64,000 bases of DNA from assembly GCA_050251055.1 (NCBI GenBank), contig JBFWNL010000002.1, forward strand, positions 192,001 through 256,000, given 5' to 3'. The first letter of the stretch is position 1. Every line of letters starts with the position of its first letter. Shown piece by piece: positions 7,730 to 17,535 of this stretch. The position numbers were made by a program, and so were the translations under genes. The stretch is from Bacteriovoracia bacterium (GTDB taxonomy: Bacteria; Bdellovibrionota; UBA1018; JBFWNL01). A model generated the notes under the pieces. The model was not told where the DNA came from. It ran no database searches and saw only the letters and a program-made list of their open reading frames with translations.

Positions 7730-8233
7730 ATGAAGAAGAAACTCGTTAAACTGAGCGCCATTTTTTACTCGGCATTCGTCTTTTTATCCCCGGCTTCGCA
7801 CGGAGACGCGCCGTCTAACGACCCGCAAACCCTGGAAGCTTTTGCCAAAGAAAACGGAGTTACCGAAGAGTATATTCGCTCGCTTTTCAAAATCGACGAC
7901 GTGGCCGCGACTTTCAAGAAGTGGGCGACCTCGAATTACATCGACGTACTTTTGCCCGATGAATCCAAGGACCGCCCGGGAACGGACCTGCTCAAAACCC
8001 AGTATCAGGTCACGAACGAGTGTTTTAAACAGATCCGCAGCAAACACCCGAAGATGCTCGTACGGACCCGAACCATTCGCTTGACGAACCAAGACCTTTC
8101 GATCGTGAGCGGCAAGACTTACTGCAAAGACGCCCACGGACAGTACGCGGAATGTTCCGTTCGTATCGGGTCGGCGGTCTCGGTTCAAGAGTGCGTGAAC
8201 TACATCACCTTGAACCAGTTGGACGCGCCCTAG
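7730..8233 (+). CDS. Secreted hypothetical protein (4 Cys)
   Basis: AGGAG RBS, MKKKLVK signal peptide. Confidence 0.65.
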   Translation: MKKKLVKLSAIFYSAFVFLSPASHGDAPSNDPQTLEAFAKENGVTEEYIRSLFKIDDVAATFKKWATSNYIDVLLPDESKDRPGTDLLKTQYQVTNECFKQIRSKHPKMLVRTRTIRLTNQDLSIVSGKTYCKDAHGQYAECSVRIGSAVSVQECVNYITLNQLDAP

Positions 8234-9297
8234 TTGGGGTTTTCCAGATCCCACCAAGTCTGGATTCGTTCACAGAGATCGGTAGTGGCGCATTGATTCC
8301 CTCCTCCGTGAGCGAGTCCACCGCTCGCCTTGAGGAAGTATCGGTTGTTCATGCGCGTTCCCTCCGGCGGCGGAGGGGATAAAAGATGGGGCCGGGCACG
8401 GGAGTAATCGTTCATCTCGAACCCATGGCAACCCACGCACGTGAGTAGCGGCGCGACCTGGCTGTTGAAGTACCCGCGCGCTGGATTCGACTCGTGTCGA
8501 TAGGAAAGCGGCGAACCCGGCAGACGCTGCAAAGTGCCCGTCGAGGGATCGATGGCAAACGCATCGATGCTGTGCTCGATGCCGTCCTGATATTGAATCG
8601 GAGGCGTGAAGGTAAATCCGTGCGCTCCCGGAATCGCTCCGGCCGTACGCGAGTCATTGGCGACCACGGTACCCGCCGAAGGGAGGCTGGCAAGATTGGC
8701 CAGATCGAGCGGAAAGCCGGTGGAGATGTAAAAACGCACCCGAATGGGTTCGTCCGCCGCGTCGGGGTCTGCCGCCCAGCCACTCACCTCGGGCCCGGTG
8801 ACCGAAAGCAACGCGCCCTGAGGCATTTGGTTGCCGGCGGGTATGCTCAAGCGAAAACTAAACGGCGAACCTGGCAACTCCTCCGATTGCCCCGTGTTGA
8901 GGGTCTTGCCCCGCACGACGATCCGGTGGAGCTGACCATCCTTCAGCGCGCCAGGGATTTCATAGAAAAAGCCGTGACTCCCGGGGTTCCCGGTTCCCTC
9001 GCGCGGTTGATTGGCCAACAAAAAGATGGGACTTCCCCCATCGATGTATAAATCCACGAACGTCGGATCCAGGGGACGAGCGGGGTCAACGACCCAACCC
9101 GACAAAGTTTCCGCGGTTAATCGGGAATCCACCGCCCCCTGAAGCAAGCGAACGGAAGGGGTCGGCTCATCCGATGGGTCTGAAGTAGGATCCAATGCCG
9201 GAAAGCTCGTCTGATCGGGGGACCGGTTCTGCTCGACCGAACATCCCAAACCCAAAAGACCGGCAATGCCCAATAGTGCAAACCCTTTCAACCCCAT
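8230..9297 (-). CDS. Lipoprotein with two Ig-like repeats and C-terminal c-type heme motif
   Basis: LGLGC lipobox; repeated SGW..DP...AN..R.....HGF; CVGCH. Confidence 0.75.
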   Translation of the reverse strand: MGLKGFALLGIAGLLGLGCSVEQNRSPDQTSFPALDPTSDPSDEPTPSVRLLQGAVDSRLTAETLSGWVVDPARPLDPTFVDLYIDGGSPIFLLANQPREGTGNPGSHGFFYEIPGALKDGQLHRIVVRGKTLNTGQSEELPGSPFSFRLSIPAGNQMPQGALLSVTGPEVSGWAADPDAADEPIRVRFYISTGFPLDLANLASLPSAGTVVANDSRTAGAIPGAHGFTFTPPIQYQDGIEHSIDAFAIDPSTGTLQRLPGSPLSYRHESNPARGYFNSQVAPLLTCVGCHGFEMNDYSRARPHLLSPPPPEGTRMNNRYFLKASGGLAHGGGNQCATTDLCERIQTWWDLENPN

Positions 9298-9318
9298 GGC
9301 GTGATCCTCCCGGCGAGA

Positions 9319-9750
9319 TTACTGTTTCAGTGCGAATGAGCAGGCCGCCACACACGCCGCGTGCTCCTCTTCGGCTTGCAGCCGCAGATAGCCTATCTCC
9401 TCCAGTAACTCTTTTCTGCACGCTTCTCTTTCGGATGCCGGGGCAACGGGACAACTTGCCAACGCGCGCTTTAAAGCGACTCCGAACTGCATGAACAGAG
9501 AGTCCCGAACCTCGTCACAGCCATCGACACAGTACTCATAGTTCGTCTCGCTCAAACGCCACTTCCACGGCGGATCGTCGTGGCCCCAGTCAAAATCCGG
9601 CCAACCTTCCTGCTCCGCCACGACGGGGGTCGCCGCCGGGATCGAAGCACTGGACGAAAATGCAAAGCTAGCCGCGGTACTTCCCGCCACGGCCGCGCTG
9701 GAGGAAGTAATCAAAACCAAGACCGCGAAGAGTTTCATCATTGGATTCAT
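9319..9750 (-). CDS. Secreted Cys-rich helical hypothetical protein
   Basis: Signal peptide; CxxxC motifs, six Cys. Confidence 0.6.
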   Translation of the reverse strand: MNPMMKLFAVLVLITSSSAAVAGSTAASFAFSSSASIPAATPVVAEQEGWPDFDWGHDDPPWKWRLSETNYEYCVDGCDEVRDSLFMQFGVALKRALASCPVAPASEREACRKELLEEIGYLRLQAEEEHAACVAACSFALKQ

Positions 9751-10043
9751 TTCCGTTTCCCTCTCTTTGAAAAGTTTCAATACCGGTGCCCAGAACTCGT
9801 TCGGGGGCGAATTCTGGGCTTCCGGCAACTGTGCTCGGCGTATTTTAGGGGCGAACATTTCATTCGACGCCGATGAGTCCAAGTTACCAAATCCGACTAT
9901 TTTAATCAATATAAAAAATGAATATTAGTAAGCGATAAAATTATTATTTAATTTAAAATATTGTTTTTATTGAATTAATTATGTTATTTAAAATAAATTT
10001 GAAATTAAATTGTATAAATATGTAAGCGTTTGTACCATTAAGT

Positions 10044-10895
10044 ATGCCCACTCACACCCCCAGCCGACGTCCGGATGTCTTTCGCCATTCCAGCGCCGCC
10101 ACCTTCCTGAAGGAGTGGATCTCATATCGCCGAGGCAAGGCCGGCACCCTGAGCGCCCGCGGCATCGCGCGGGCCCTAGGATACTCCACGGGCTACCTCG
10201 CCTTGGTGCTCAACCGGAAACGAGCGCTGCCAATGGAACTTTTAGAAAAAATGCTGCCGCATTTAGGGCTCGCCGAGCACGAAGCCCGGCACCTACGGAA
10301 CTTAAGGGAAAAAGATGCGCAAAATACATTGGCCGGGGATCAAGCGTTTGCCCGTCAGGCCCAGCGCTCGCGTCGCTATCAACATCTAAATCCCCTCGAA
10401 TACCAAACCTACCGCTACATGAGCCAATGGCTCTGCGTGGTGATCCGAGAAATGGCTCGACTCCTACCCGCCCCGCGAACGATCGAGGATATCCAAGCCA
10501 CCCTTCTGTTTCACGCCCGCCGCGAAGAGATCCGGCCCGCGCTCGAGTTCTTGGTCCGTAATCGATTTCTGAAAAAAAACCCCACCGGCGACCTTCAGCT
10601 ACCGAACGAAAACTTAATCGAATGCCGCGGAGATATTTATCGACTCGCCCTCGCCCGCTATCACCAGTCCATGCTCAACCGAGCTATCGACGCGATCGAA
10701 GTCACCCCCCGCGAAGATCGCTTACTCGAGGGCCTTACCGTCGCCCTCAGCGAACCCGAATACCAAGCGGCATGCGCGATCCTAAACTCCGCCATCAACC
10801 AAGTCATGAGCTTGGCTCAAAGCACTTCCAACAAGCAAAGCGTCTACCACCTAGGGGTCCTCGCGTACCCTCTCACCAAAAAGACCGCGTCCTAG
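10044..10895 (+). CDS. TIGR02147-family HTH protein (DUF4423 C-terminus)
   Basis: LSARGIARALG..TGYLALVLNRKR HTH; W..VIREM; YHQSML..AIDAI....R; YHL...YPLT. Confidence 0.85.
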   Translation: MPTHTPSRRPDVFRHSSAATFLKEWISYRRGKAGTLSARGIARALGYSTGYLALVLNRKRALPMELLEKMLPHLGLAEHEARHLRNLREKDAQNTLAGDQAFARQAQRSRRYQHLNPLEYQTYRYMSQWLCVVIREMARLLPAPRTIEDIQATLLFHARREEIRPALEFLVRNRFLKKNPTGDLQLPNENLIECRGDIYRLALARYHQSMLNRAIDAIEVTPREDRLLEGLTVALSEPEYQAACAILNSAINQVMSLAQSTSNKQSVYHLGVLAYPLTKKTAS

Positions 10896-11771
10896 CTAAT
10901 CCTTCAATTCACCCAAGGGAATCCGCAGATAACGCCGACCGTTCGGCGCGGGCTTGGGCAGATGACCCGCATCGATATTCACCTGGATTGATGGCAGCAA
11001 CAACTTTGGAGCCGCCAGCGTCCGATCTCTTTCCGTCCGAAAACGCACGAACTCCTCGCGCGAGGTCTGGGCTTTTAATTGGATGTTTTCCGCTTTCTGC
11101 TCGGCCAAGGTAGCCATGCACCTCAATGAACGACCGTTCGGGAGATAGTCGTGACCGGTGTAAACTTTCGTTTCCCCCGGAAGGCCGTAGAGCCGATCGT
11201 GCACGGAATGGTATAAGTCGATCGCGCTTCCGGCCGGAAAATCGCACCGGCCCGTACCGTAGTCCGGCATAAACAAAGCATCCCCCACGAATACGTTGCC
11301 ATCGATCAAGTAAGACGCGCAGGCGGGCGTGTGGCCTGGGGTGAAAAGCACCTCGATGGGTATCGCACCTGCAGGAAACTTCTCGCCATCCTTCAAAAGC
11401 CGGTCAAACTGGGAACCATCGGTTTTAAAATCCGCCGGCAGACCGAACACGTCCTTGAATATCTCCTGAACTTTCGTGATCCGCTCTCCGATCGCTATCT
11501 TCGCGGAGGGAAATTCTCGCTTGATGATTTGCGAACCGCTGAGGTGATCGGCATGGGCATGGGTCTCCAAAATATAGTGTAAATTGAGCGATCGTCCGCG
11601 CAAAAACTCAGCCACTTGCTTGGCCGACAGCTCGCCGATCTTGGCCGAGGCCGGATCGTAGTCCATCACGGGATCGATCACGACCGCGTCCCGGGTTTTT
11701 TCGTCCCAGACCACGTAAGAAAGAGTCCAAGTGCTCTTATCGAAGAATTCCTTGATTTGGACCATAGCCAT
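10896..11771 (-). CDS. blh: Persulfide dioxygenase (ETHE1/Blh-like MBL fold)
   Basis: [35 protein letters not shown]. Confidence 0.9.
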   Translation of the reverse strand: MAMVQIKEFFDKSTWTLSYVVWDEKTRDAVVIDPVMDYDPASAKIGELSAKQVAEFLRGRSLNLHYILETHAHADHLSGSQIIKREFPSAKIAIGERITKVQEIFKDVFGLPADFKTDGSQFDRLLKDGEKFPAGAIPIEVLFTPGHTPACASYLIDGNVFVGDALFMPDYGTGRCDFPAGSAIDLYHSVHDRLYGLPGETKVYTGHDYLPNGRSLRCMATLAEQKAENIQLKAQTSREEFVRFRTERDRTLAAPKLLLPSIQVNIDAGHLPKPAPNGRRYLRIPLGELKD

Positions 11772-11780
11772 TCTCCTCTA

Positions 11781-12584
11781 TCAAACCGACAAACGGTGAA
11801 ACTGCTCGATCAAGATGGAAGCCCCCATCAAAAGCACCAGCCACCCGAATGCGGTCTTCAGCTTTTTCTCCTGAATCCGATGCGCGAAGGTGGCGCCGGC
11901 AACGATACCGCAGGCGGCCGTCATCGCGATGCCGAATAACAACGTGCCCTGAAAAGCCATTCCTCGCATCAGATCCCCCGCGAAACCCAGGAGCGACTGA
12001 AGAGCGATAATCATTAATGAGGTGCCAATCGCCAACCTCATAGGCAGGCCCACGAGCAGCACCAGGGCCGGCACGATCAGGAAACCTCCTCCCGCTCCCA
12101 CGAAACCTGCAATCACACCGATGATCAGACCTTGAAGGGTCACCTGGACGAATCGTGCCGGCCCGACACCTCCTCCGGGGGCTTGCGATCGTCTTCCTCG
12201 AATCATGGAATAGGATGCCGCGATCATCAAAGCCGCAAAGCTAGCCATCACGAGGATTTCCTTGGTCAGATGAAAGCCGCCAACGTTTGCCACCACGTTC
12301 GGCAAATTGGGCACGACCAGGCCCCGGGAGATATTCACGCCGATCACGCTGGGAATAGCGAATAGGCCGCCCGTTTTAAAATCCACGTCCCCCCTTCGGA
12401 TATACACCAAGCTCCCAAACAACGCCGTCATGCCGACGACGAAGAGCGAATTCCCGGCGGCTTCCGTTGGCGGGAGATCAAACAAGTACACCAAAATAGG
12501 CACGGTCAAGATGGAACCGCCGCCGCCCATCAATCCCAAGATCACCCCCATCATTAAGCTTGCGGCATAGCCAAGAAAATCCAC
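11781..12584 (-). CDS. Sulfite exporter TauE/SafE family
   Basis: [13 protein letters not shown] and [12 protein letters not shown] repeats, multi-TM. Confidence 0.9.
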   Translation of the reverse strand: MDFLGYAASLMMGVILGLMGGGGSILTVPILVYLFDLPPTEAAGNSLFVVGMTALFGSLVYIRRGDVDFKTGGLFAIPSVIGVNISRGLVVPNLPNVVANVGGFHLTKEILVMASFAALMIAASYSMIRGRRSQAPGGGVGPARFVQVTLQGLIIGVIAGFVGAGGGFLIVPALVLLVGLPMRLAIGTSLMIIALQSLLGFAGDLMRGMAFQGTLLFGIAMTAACGIVAGATFAHRIQEKKLKTAFGWLVLLMGASILIEQFHRLSV

Positions 12585-12586
12585 GC

Positions 12587-13027
12587 TTACTCCCGAAGCC
12601 CCAAGTAAGGCTCGGTCGCACGGAAGAGGAGCATTCCTGAAGCCATGGCCCCCACAAAGAGAAGCGCCCGGGCATCTCCCGTGGCCAACGACGTCACCCC
12701 CGGGCCGGGGCAGAATCCACCCAGCCCCCAGCCGAGGCCAAAAATGGCTGAACCTAAAATCAGCCGCGCCGTCACGTCCTTGCGATGAGAAACATGCCAG
12801 GCGGCGTCCAACAAAGGCGAAGACCTTCGCTTAATAAGCGGATAGGTCACGGCATGGACACCGACCGCCCCCAACATCACGAAAAGAAGCGAGGGGTCCC
12901 ATTGCCATGGATCCAAGAAGCCGATCACCCGCTGGGGTTGGGTCATGCCCGACAGGGCCAGCCCCATCGCGAACAATACCCCGGCGCCAAACGAAACCGC
13001 ATACTGACCGAGCCGAACCGCGGTCAT
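12587..13027 (-). CDS. YeeE/YedE (DUF6691-type) sulfur transport membrane protein
   Basis: SGMTQPQRVIGFLD, FGLGWGLGGFCPGP; ATGA overlap at 13024-13027. Confidence 0.9.
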   Translation of the reverse strand: MTAVRLGQYAVSFGAGVLFAMGLALSGMTQPQRVIGFLDPWQWDPSLLFVMLGAVGVHAVTYPLIKRRSSPLLDAAWHVSHRKDVTARLILGSAIFGLGWGLGGFCPGPGVTSLATGDARALLFVGAMASGMLLFRATEPYLGLRE

Positions 13028-13458
13028 CCTTGATCTCCCAGTAGCGCGCGCATGATCTGCACGGAAAGAAAACCGAAGGCCATAAAAGTCAGGGTGGCGA
13101 CCAGCGACCGAAAGGAGAAGCGGCTTAAGCCGCAGATCCCATGGCCGCTCGTGCATCCACTTCCCAACACCGTCCCGTATCCAACCAGCAATCCGGCCAA
13201 GGCGATCGACCACCCGCTTCGACCAGACTGGTTGTCAAAGTAAGCAGGATCGACGTGAAACATGAAAGCGCCGCCCGCGACCAAACCCCCGACAAACATC
13301 CAACGCCAAATAATGCCTTGCGAAGGCCTCGCCAGGGACGCGGCAACGATCCCGCTAATGCCGGTCACTCGGCCATTAAAAAGCAACATCACGGTGACCG
13401 CCAGCCCGATTACCGCACCACCCAACAAGCCATTCAGAACCGAATTAATGTTAGTCAT
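13024..13458 (-). CDS. YeeE/YedE sulfur transport membrane protein
   Basis: NGRVTGISGI, GSGCTSGHGICGLSR. Confidence 0.9.
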   Translation of the reverse strand: MTNINSVLNGLLGGAVIGLAVTVMLLFNGRVTGISGIVAASLARPSQGIIWRWMFVGGLVAGGAFMFHVDPAYFDNQSGRSGWSIALAGLLVGYGTVLGSGCTSGHGICGLSRFSFRSLVATLTFMAFGFLSVQIMRALLGDQG

Positions 13459-13488
13459 TTTTTCGCATTACCTTGCTACCCTGTTTTT

Positions 13489-13510
13489 CATATTATAATA
13501 CTATAATATG
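13489..13510. promoter_or_regulatory. 9-4-9 AT-rich palindrome, BigR-box-like operator
   Basis: CATATTATA-ATAC-TATAATATG between the divergent sulfur operon and bigR, overlapping -10 hexamers and the bigR ATG. Confidence 0.8.
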
Positions 13511-13822
13511 AAAAATCAAGGCGCGAACAAAGCGCTGCCGCATCTAAGGAAAAAAAGCGCGGAGGTGGCCGCCCTACTCAAACAGATGACGCATCCACAA
13601 AGGTTGCTGATACTCTGCAGCCTTGCGGAAGGCGAAAAGTCGGTGGGAGAAATCGAATCGGCTTGCGGCGCCTCTCAATCGGCCGTATCCCAATTCCTAA
13701 AGGGCATGCGAGTAAGCCGACTGATCGCGTCCCGCCGCGAAGGAAAACTGATCTACTATCGAATCGTGGATAAGCGGGTACTGGAGCTGATTCAATCTCT
13801 TTACCGAATTTTTTGCCGGTAG
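13508..13822 (+). CDS. bigR: BigR/SqrR-like ArsR-family persulfide-sensing repressor
   Basis: HPQRLLILCSL and C-terminal IFC give the two-Cys pattern; adjacent blh operon. Confidence 0.85.
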   Translation: MKNQGANKALPHLRKKSAEVAALLKQMTHPQRLLILCSLAEGEKSVGEIESACGASQSAVSQFLKGMRVSRLIASRREGKLIYYRIVDKRVLELIQSLYRIFCR

Positions 13823-14246
13823 CAGAGGCTTGGTTTACCTCCGCTTGGGGGGGTAAATCGGTTTCGATTTGATTGAGCTCCCGTTCGATCGCCCGCAGTT
13901 CGGGGCCGATCAACGCGCTCACGAACAAAGCCATATAGGACCAAAGAAACACCGCTCCGCCGGTCATCAAGAACATGGCCAACACCTTCCCGCCCGTGGT
14001 TACGGGGACGACGGTCGCACTCCCTACGGTGGTGACAAGGCTCACGGCCCAGCCCAAGCTATCTATAAAGTCGCCCACTCCTGGGTTTACTTCCCGCTCC
14101 AGCCAATGGAATAAGGCGGCGCCCCCCAGCACACAGATATTCCCAAAGAGCGTGACCCTCCAAAAGAAGCGGGAGCGCCACAGCATTCGGGCGCGGCGGC
14201 GAAATGCGTCATCTAACATCCAATTGGGGGTGTGAGTAGATTTCAT
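13578..14246 (-). CDS. Two-TM potassium-channel-family protein with non-canonical filter
   Basis: DSLGWAVSLVTTVGSATVVPVT.GGK pore region. Confidence 0.75.
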   Translation of the reverse strand: MKSTHTPNWMLDDAFRRRARMLWRSRFFWRVTLFGNICVLGGAALFHWLEREVNPGVGDFIDSLGWAVSLVTTVGSATVVPVTTGGKVLAMFLMTGGAVFLWSYMALFVSALIGPELRAIERELNQIETDLPPQAEVNQASATGKKFGKEIESAPVPAYPRFDSRSVFLRGGTRSVGLLACPLGIGIRPIERRRKPIRFLPPTFRLPQGCRVSATFVDASSV

Positions 14247-14314
14247 ATAACTCCTCAGAATTCACGAACTGCGCCAGCCCGAAGGCCCGAGCCAAGCTTC
14301 GACACCTTCGAGCA

Positions 14315-14352
14315 TGGGACAAAGCGCCTCACGGATGTCTCGTTATACCCCA
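14315..14352. promoter_or_regulatory. Paired 17-bp candidate enhancer boxes
   Basis: TGGGACAAAGCGCCTCA and TGTCTCGTTATACCCCA, 21 bp apart. Confidence 0.5.
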
Positions 14353-14503
14353 TGCGATCTCACTCGGTCTCTTCGAATCGGCGGGCGGGACATTTATCTT
14401 GGAGGGCGGCGAAGAAATAAATTTACGTACTTCACGCGGAGAAACGCGTAAAAAACGCGATACACGGGCCATTTTTTTTGCATTCATCCAACCGTACCGA
14501 AAG

Positions 14504-14520
14504 TTGGAACACCCGTTGCA
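14504..14520 (+). promoter_or_regulatory. sigma54 -24/-12 promoter
   Basis: TTGGAACACCCGTTGCA (GG-N10-GC). Confidence 0.7.
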
Positions 14521-14552
14521 GTGGGACCCCCCTCGAAAGAGGAAAACTAGAA

Positions 14553-15272
14553 ATGAAAAAAAATCTACTCGTCGTAGTCTCGCTCCTGCTGTCCGCCCCC
14601 GCCTTCGCAAACCCCGGCGATCCTGAGCTGGTGAATCTCATCCCATCCCAGGTCTACATGCCGACCGGATTCGATCACAATGACAACAGCCAAGTCGTGA
14701 TTCGCGGTGAGTTTAGCAACACCTGCTATAAAGTCGGTCCCACCCAAGTCGAGGTGGATCCCGCTAGCGGTAAGGTCAGCATAAAAAATCAAGCCTACTT
14801 TTACGGCGGCTGCTTCTGCTTCTACGTTTTGGTCCCCTATGACAAGGTCGTCGATCTGGGCATGCTGGCTCCGGGCGACCACGCGCTTTCATTCTCGGAC
14901 GATGACGGCAAAACCGAAGTCCTGGGAAATATCTCCGTGGCCACCGCAAAACCGGGTGCCGGTCCCGACGATTTCCTATACTTGCCCGCGAGCGAGATGA
15001 CCGTCCTAAAGACTCCAGGCCAACCACAAGTGGAGCTGCGCGGCGAATACACCAATACTTGCATGGTACACAAAGAAACCCGCATCGTTCGCAACCGCAA
15101 GGATGTCGTCGAAATTTTGCCGGTCGCCGAAATGCTTACCCGTGACGACTGCCAAAACGCACGCGTACCCTTCGTGATCAAGGCCCAGTTGCCAAAAGAC
15201 CTCAAGGGCAAGGTCCTCGTGCACGCACGGGCCTTAAGCGGCAAGTCCCTCAACCTGCTCGCGGACTTCTAA
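14553..15272 (+). CDS. Secreted two-domain beta protein, hypothetical
   Basis: Signal peptide; internal repeat RGE.sNTC in both halves. Confidence 0.75.
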   Translation: MKKNLLVVVSLLLSAPAFANPGDPELVNLIPSQVYMPTGFDHNDNSQVVIRGEFSNTCYKVGPTQVEVDPASGKVSIKNQAYFYGGCFCFYVLVPYDKVVDLGMLAPGDHALSFSDDDGKTEVLGNISVATAKPGAGPDDFLYLPASEMTVLKTPGQPQVELRGEYTNTCMVHKETRIVRNRKDVVEILPVAEMLTRDDCQNARVPFVIKAQLPKDLKGKVLVHARALSGKSLNLLADF

Positions 15273-15279
15273 GCCGATC

Positions 15280-15322
15280 AAAAAACGGCGCCGGGCCCGC
15301 CGGGTTCCGGCGCCGTTTTTTT
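15280..15322 (+). terminator. Rho-independent (bidirectional-type) terminator
   Basis: A6-CGGCGCCGG...CCGGCGCCG-T7. Confidence 0.85.
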
Positions 15323-15359
15323 GGGGCGGAAATTCCGATGAATGGGGTGAATTGCCCCA
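15322..15359. promoter_or_regulatory. Paired 17-bp candidate enhancer boxes
   Basis: TGGGGCGGAAATTCCGA and TGGGGTGAATTGCCCCA, 21 bp apart. Confidence 0.55.
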
Positions 15360-15450
15360 CGCCGACACCCACCGCCGATCTCGAATATCGGAGTTTTTAA
15401 AATTATCAAATAAAATCAATAGTATACAAAGCAGCCACGGCGTAGTCAGT

Positions 15451-15467
15451 TTGGCTCGCTTGGTGCT
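15451..15467 (+). promoter_or_regulatory. sigma54 -24/-12 promoter
   Basis: TTGGCTCGCTTGGTGCT, preceded by an AT-rich IHF-like tract. Confidence 0.65.
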
Positions 15468-15491
15468 TTGTAGACGAATAGGAGAACGCCA

Positions 15492-15896
15492 ATGAAACAG
15501 ATGCCTAAGATTCAAAAAGTCATGACCGCAATGCCCCACACCATCGGGAAGGACATCTCGGTTCCCATCGCATTGAGCATGATGCGGGAGCACCGCATCC
15601 GCCACCTCCCCGTCCAGGACGGGGGCGCGCTCGTGGGAATCCTCACTGATCGAGACGTACGATTGGCCTCCTCCCTCAAGGGTGGATCGGAGCTAAAAGT
15701 GGAAGACGTGATGACCTCGGACCCCTTCACCGTATCGCCGGATGCGGCCGTGGACGCGGTGGTCCTCGAAATGGCCGAACATAAATACGGATGCGCGATC
15801 ATCCAGCAGGAAAACGGAAAAGTAGTGGGAATCTTCACGGCCGTGGACGGTTTACGCGTCCTGGGTGAAACATATCAAGCCTTTTACCGGAGTTAA
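15492..15896 (+). CDS. CBS-domain pair protein
   Basis: MREHRIRHLPV..LVGILTDRD; VVGIFT. Confidence 0.9.
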   Translation: MKQMPKIQKVMTAMPHTIGKDISVPIALSMMREHRIRHLPVQDGGALVGILTDRDVRLASSLKGGSELKVEDVMTSDPFTVSPDAAVDAVVLEMAEHKYGCAIIQQENGKVVGIFTAVDGLRVLGETYQAFYRS

Positions 15897-15900
15897 CCCG

Positions 15901-17115
15901 ATGAAAACTTTGCGTCGTTTGAAGTCCGTCGATATTCGCTCCCTAGCGACGACCCTGGTGATAGGCGCCTGTATCGGTGCTTCGGTTTATACCCCTACGG
16001 CTCAGGCCAAGCCGTCTCAAGACCTGAGTCGCAAGATGAGAAACCTGGAAGCGACGCTCCAAGCCCTCATCCTTGATCTCTACGACGACCGACGATTCAA
16101 CGACCCGAAGAATTTCGGCCGGATCGAGCGCAACGCCCAGAAGTTCTCTCGCTTGGCGCACGACCTGAAGGCGAAGCCTGACCTGACCGCCGACCTGGAC
16201 CCCGGCGTGCGCATCATCGCCGAGCTGTTCTCCGCGGAAACCGTGCATGCGTACCGGGCGCTAAAAGGAGGCCACCGCGCCTACGCCCGCGACGTGCTCA
16301 AGTCCGCGACGAACTACTGCATGGCCTGCCATACGCGTAGCCAAGGTCCAAGTTTCCAAGGCGCCCTGAGCGCCAAGGCCTTCGCTCCACTGAAGCCTTA
16401 TGAGCAAGCCATCTTGCTCGCCTCCACCCGGCAATTCGATGGCGCGCTCGAGGAATTCACCCGAGTGGTAAAGGACGCCAACGCGAGCAAGTCCGATCTC
16501 TACGCATGGGAAAAATCCGTGCGTTCGGGGCTGGCCATCGCCGTCCGCGTGAAGCAAGATCCCTCCGCCGCGCTCGCGATCGTGGACCAAGTCCTGAAGA
16601 CTCCGACCGTCCCGCTTTTCCTGAAAGAAAGCGCCACCCAATGGAAGAAGAGTTTGAACGCCTGGCAGTCGGAGCCAAACTCCCAGGCCACGACGGAGGA
16701 AGGCTACTACCAGAAGGCCATCCGCTTCCTAAGCGAGGCCCGCGCTCTCCAACGATATCCGCTTGATCGATCCGCCGACATTCTTTATCTGCGGGCTAGC
16801 GCGGCGATCCACGACATGCTGAGAACCGCACCGAACGGAAAGCACGTCACCGAAGGACTCTATCTAGCGGGACTGGCTTACGAGGTGCTGTCCGACTTAA
16901 GCCTGCCAGATTTGCATGAGTTTTACTTCTTGGCTTGCATTCAAAGCGCGCCGCACTCGGAGTTCGCCCGTCGGTGCTTTGAGCGTTATGAACAGGACGT
17001 CATCTACGGTTACACGGGAAGCGCGGGCACGGACATTCCGGATGACATCCAAGGAAAGCTACGCCGGTTGGACGCCCTCTCCCTGCCGTTAACGGCGCCG
17101 AAGGAGTTACAATGA
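15901..17115 (+). CDS. Secreted monoheme cytochrome c with helical/TPR-like C-terminus
   Basis: Signal peptide, helical bundle ending in CMACH, helical repeats. Confidence 0.7.
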   Translation: MKTLRRLKSVDIRSLATTLVIGACIGASVYTPTAQAKPSQDLSRKMRNLEATLQALILDLYDDRRFNDPKNFGRIERNAQKFSRLAHDLKAKPDLTADLDPGVRIIAELFSAETVHAYRALKGGHRAYARDVLKSATNYCMACHTRSQGPSFQGALSAKAFAPLKPYEQAILLASTRQFDGALEEFTRVVKDANASKSDLYAWEKSVRSGLAIAVRVKQDPSAALAIVDQVLKTPTVPLFLKESATQWKKSLNAWQSEPNSQATTEEGYYQKAIRFLSEARALQRYPLDRSADILYLRASAAIHDMLRTAPNGKHVTEGLYLAGLAYEVLSDLSLPDLHEFYFLACIQSAPHSEFARRCFERYEQDVIYGYTGSAGTDIPDDIQGKLRRLDALSLPLTAPKELQ

Positions 17116-17471
17116 ACGCCGTCGTCGTTTGGATCGATCACGAGCACGCCAAGCTGTATTCTTTTTCCGCCGAACGCATGTCGCGCGAGATACTGCGGGC
17201 GACTTACGTTGACCACCATACCCACCTGCGCGACCGGGCGGAAAGGGGGCTACCCGGTTTATTTCGGGAAGTGGCGGATCGCGTACGGGGCGCCCAGGGC
17301 ATCCTAATCGTGGGGCCGGGCACCGCCCGCTCGGAGTTCCTGCATTATCTGCAGGCAGACGAGAAACCGCTCGCCGCCCGCGTGGTCGCCTGCGAGCCGG
17401 TCGATCACCCGAGTGACGCTGAAATCGCCACCTTTGCCGCCCGCTATTTCCAACGCCCCCTCGCTTCCTAA
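17112..17471 (+). CDS. eRF1-domain-like / host-attachment-like small protein
   Basis: VVWIDHEHA, ILIVGPGTARSEF, E.VDHPSD. Confidence 0.7.
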   Translation: MNAVVVWIDHEHAKLYSFSAERMSREILRATYVDHHTHLRDRAERGLPGLFREVADRVRGAQGILIVGPGTARSEFLHYLQADEKPLAARVVACEPVDHPSDAEIATFAARYFQRPLAS

Positions 17472-17535
17472 ATCGTCACACGCAGTTTCGTTTTTGGGGC
17501 TTTTTACGGCGATTTGGGGTACTTTTAGGTGAAAT

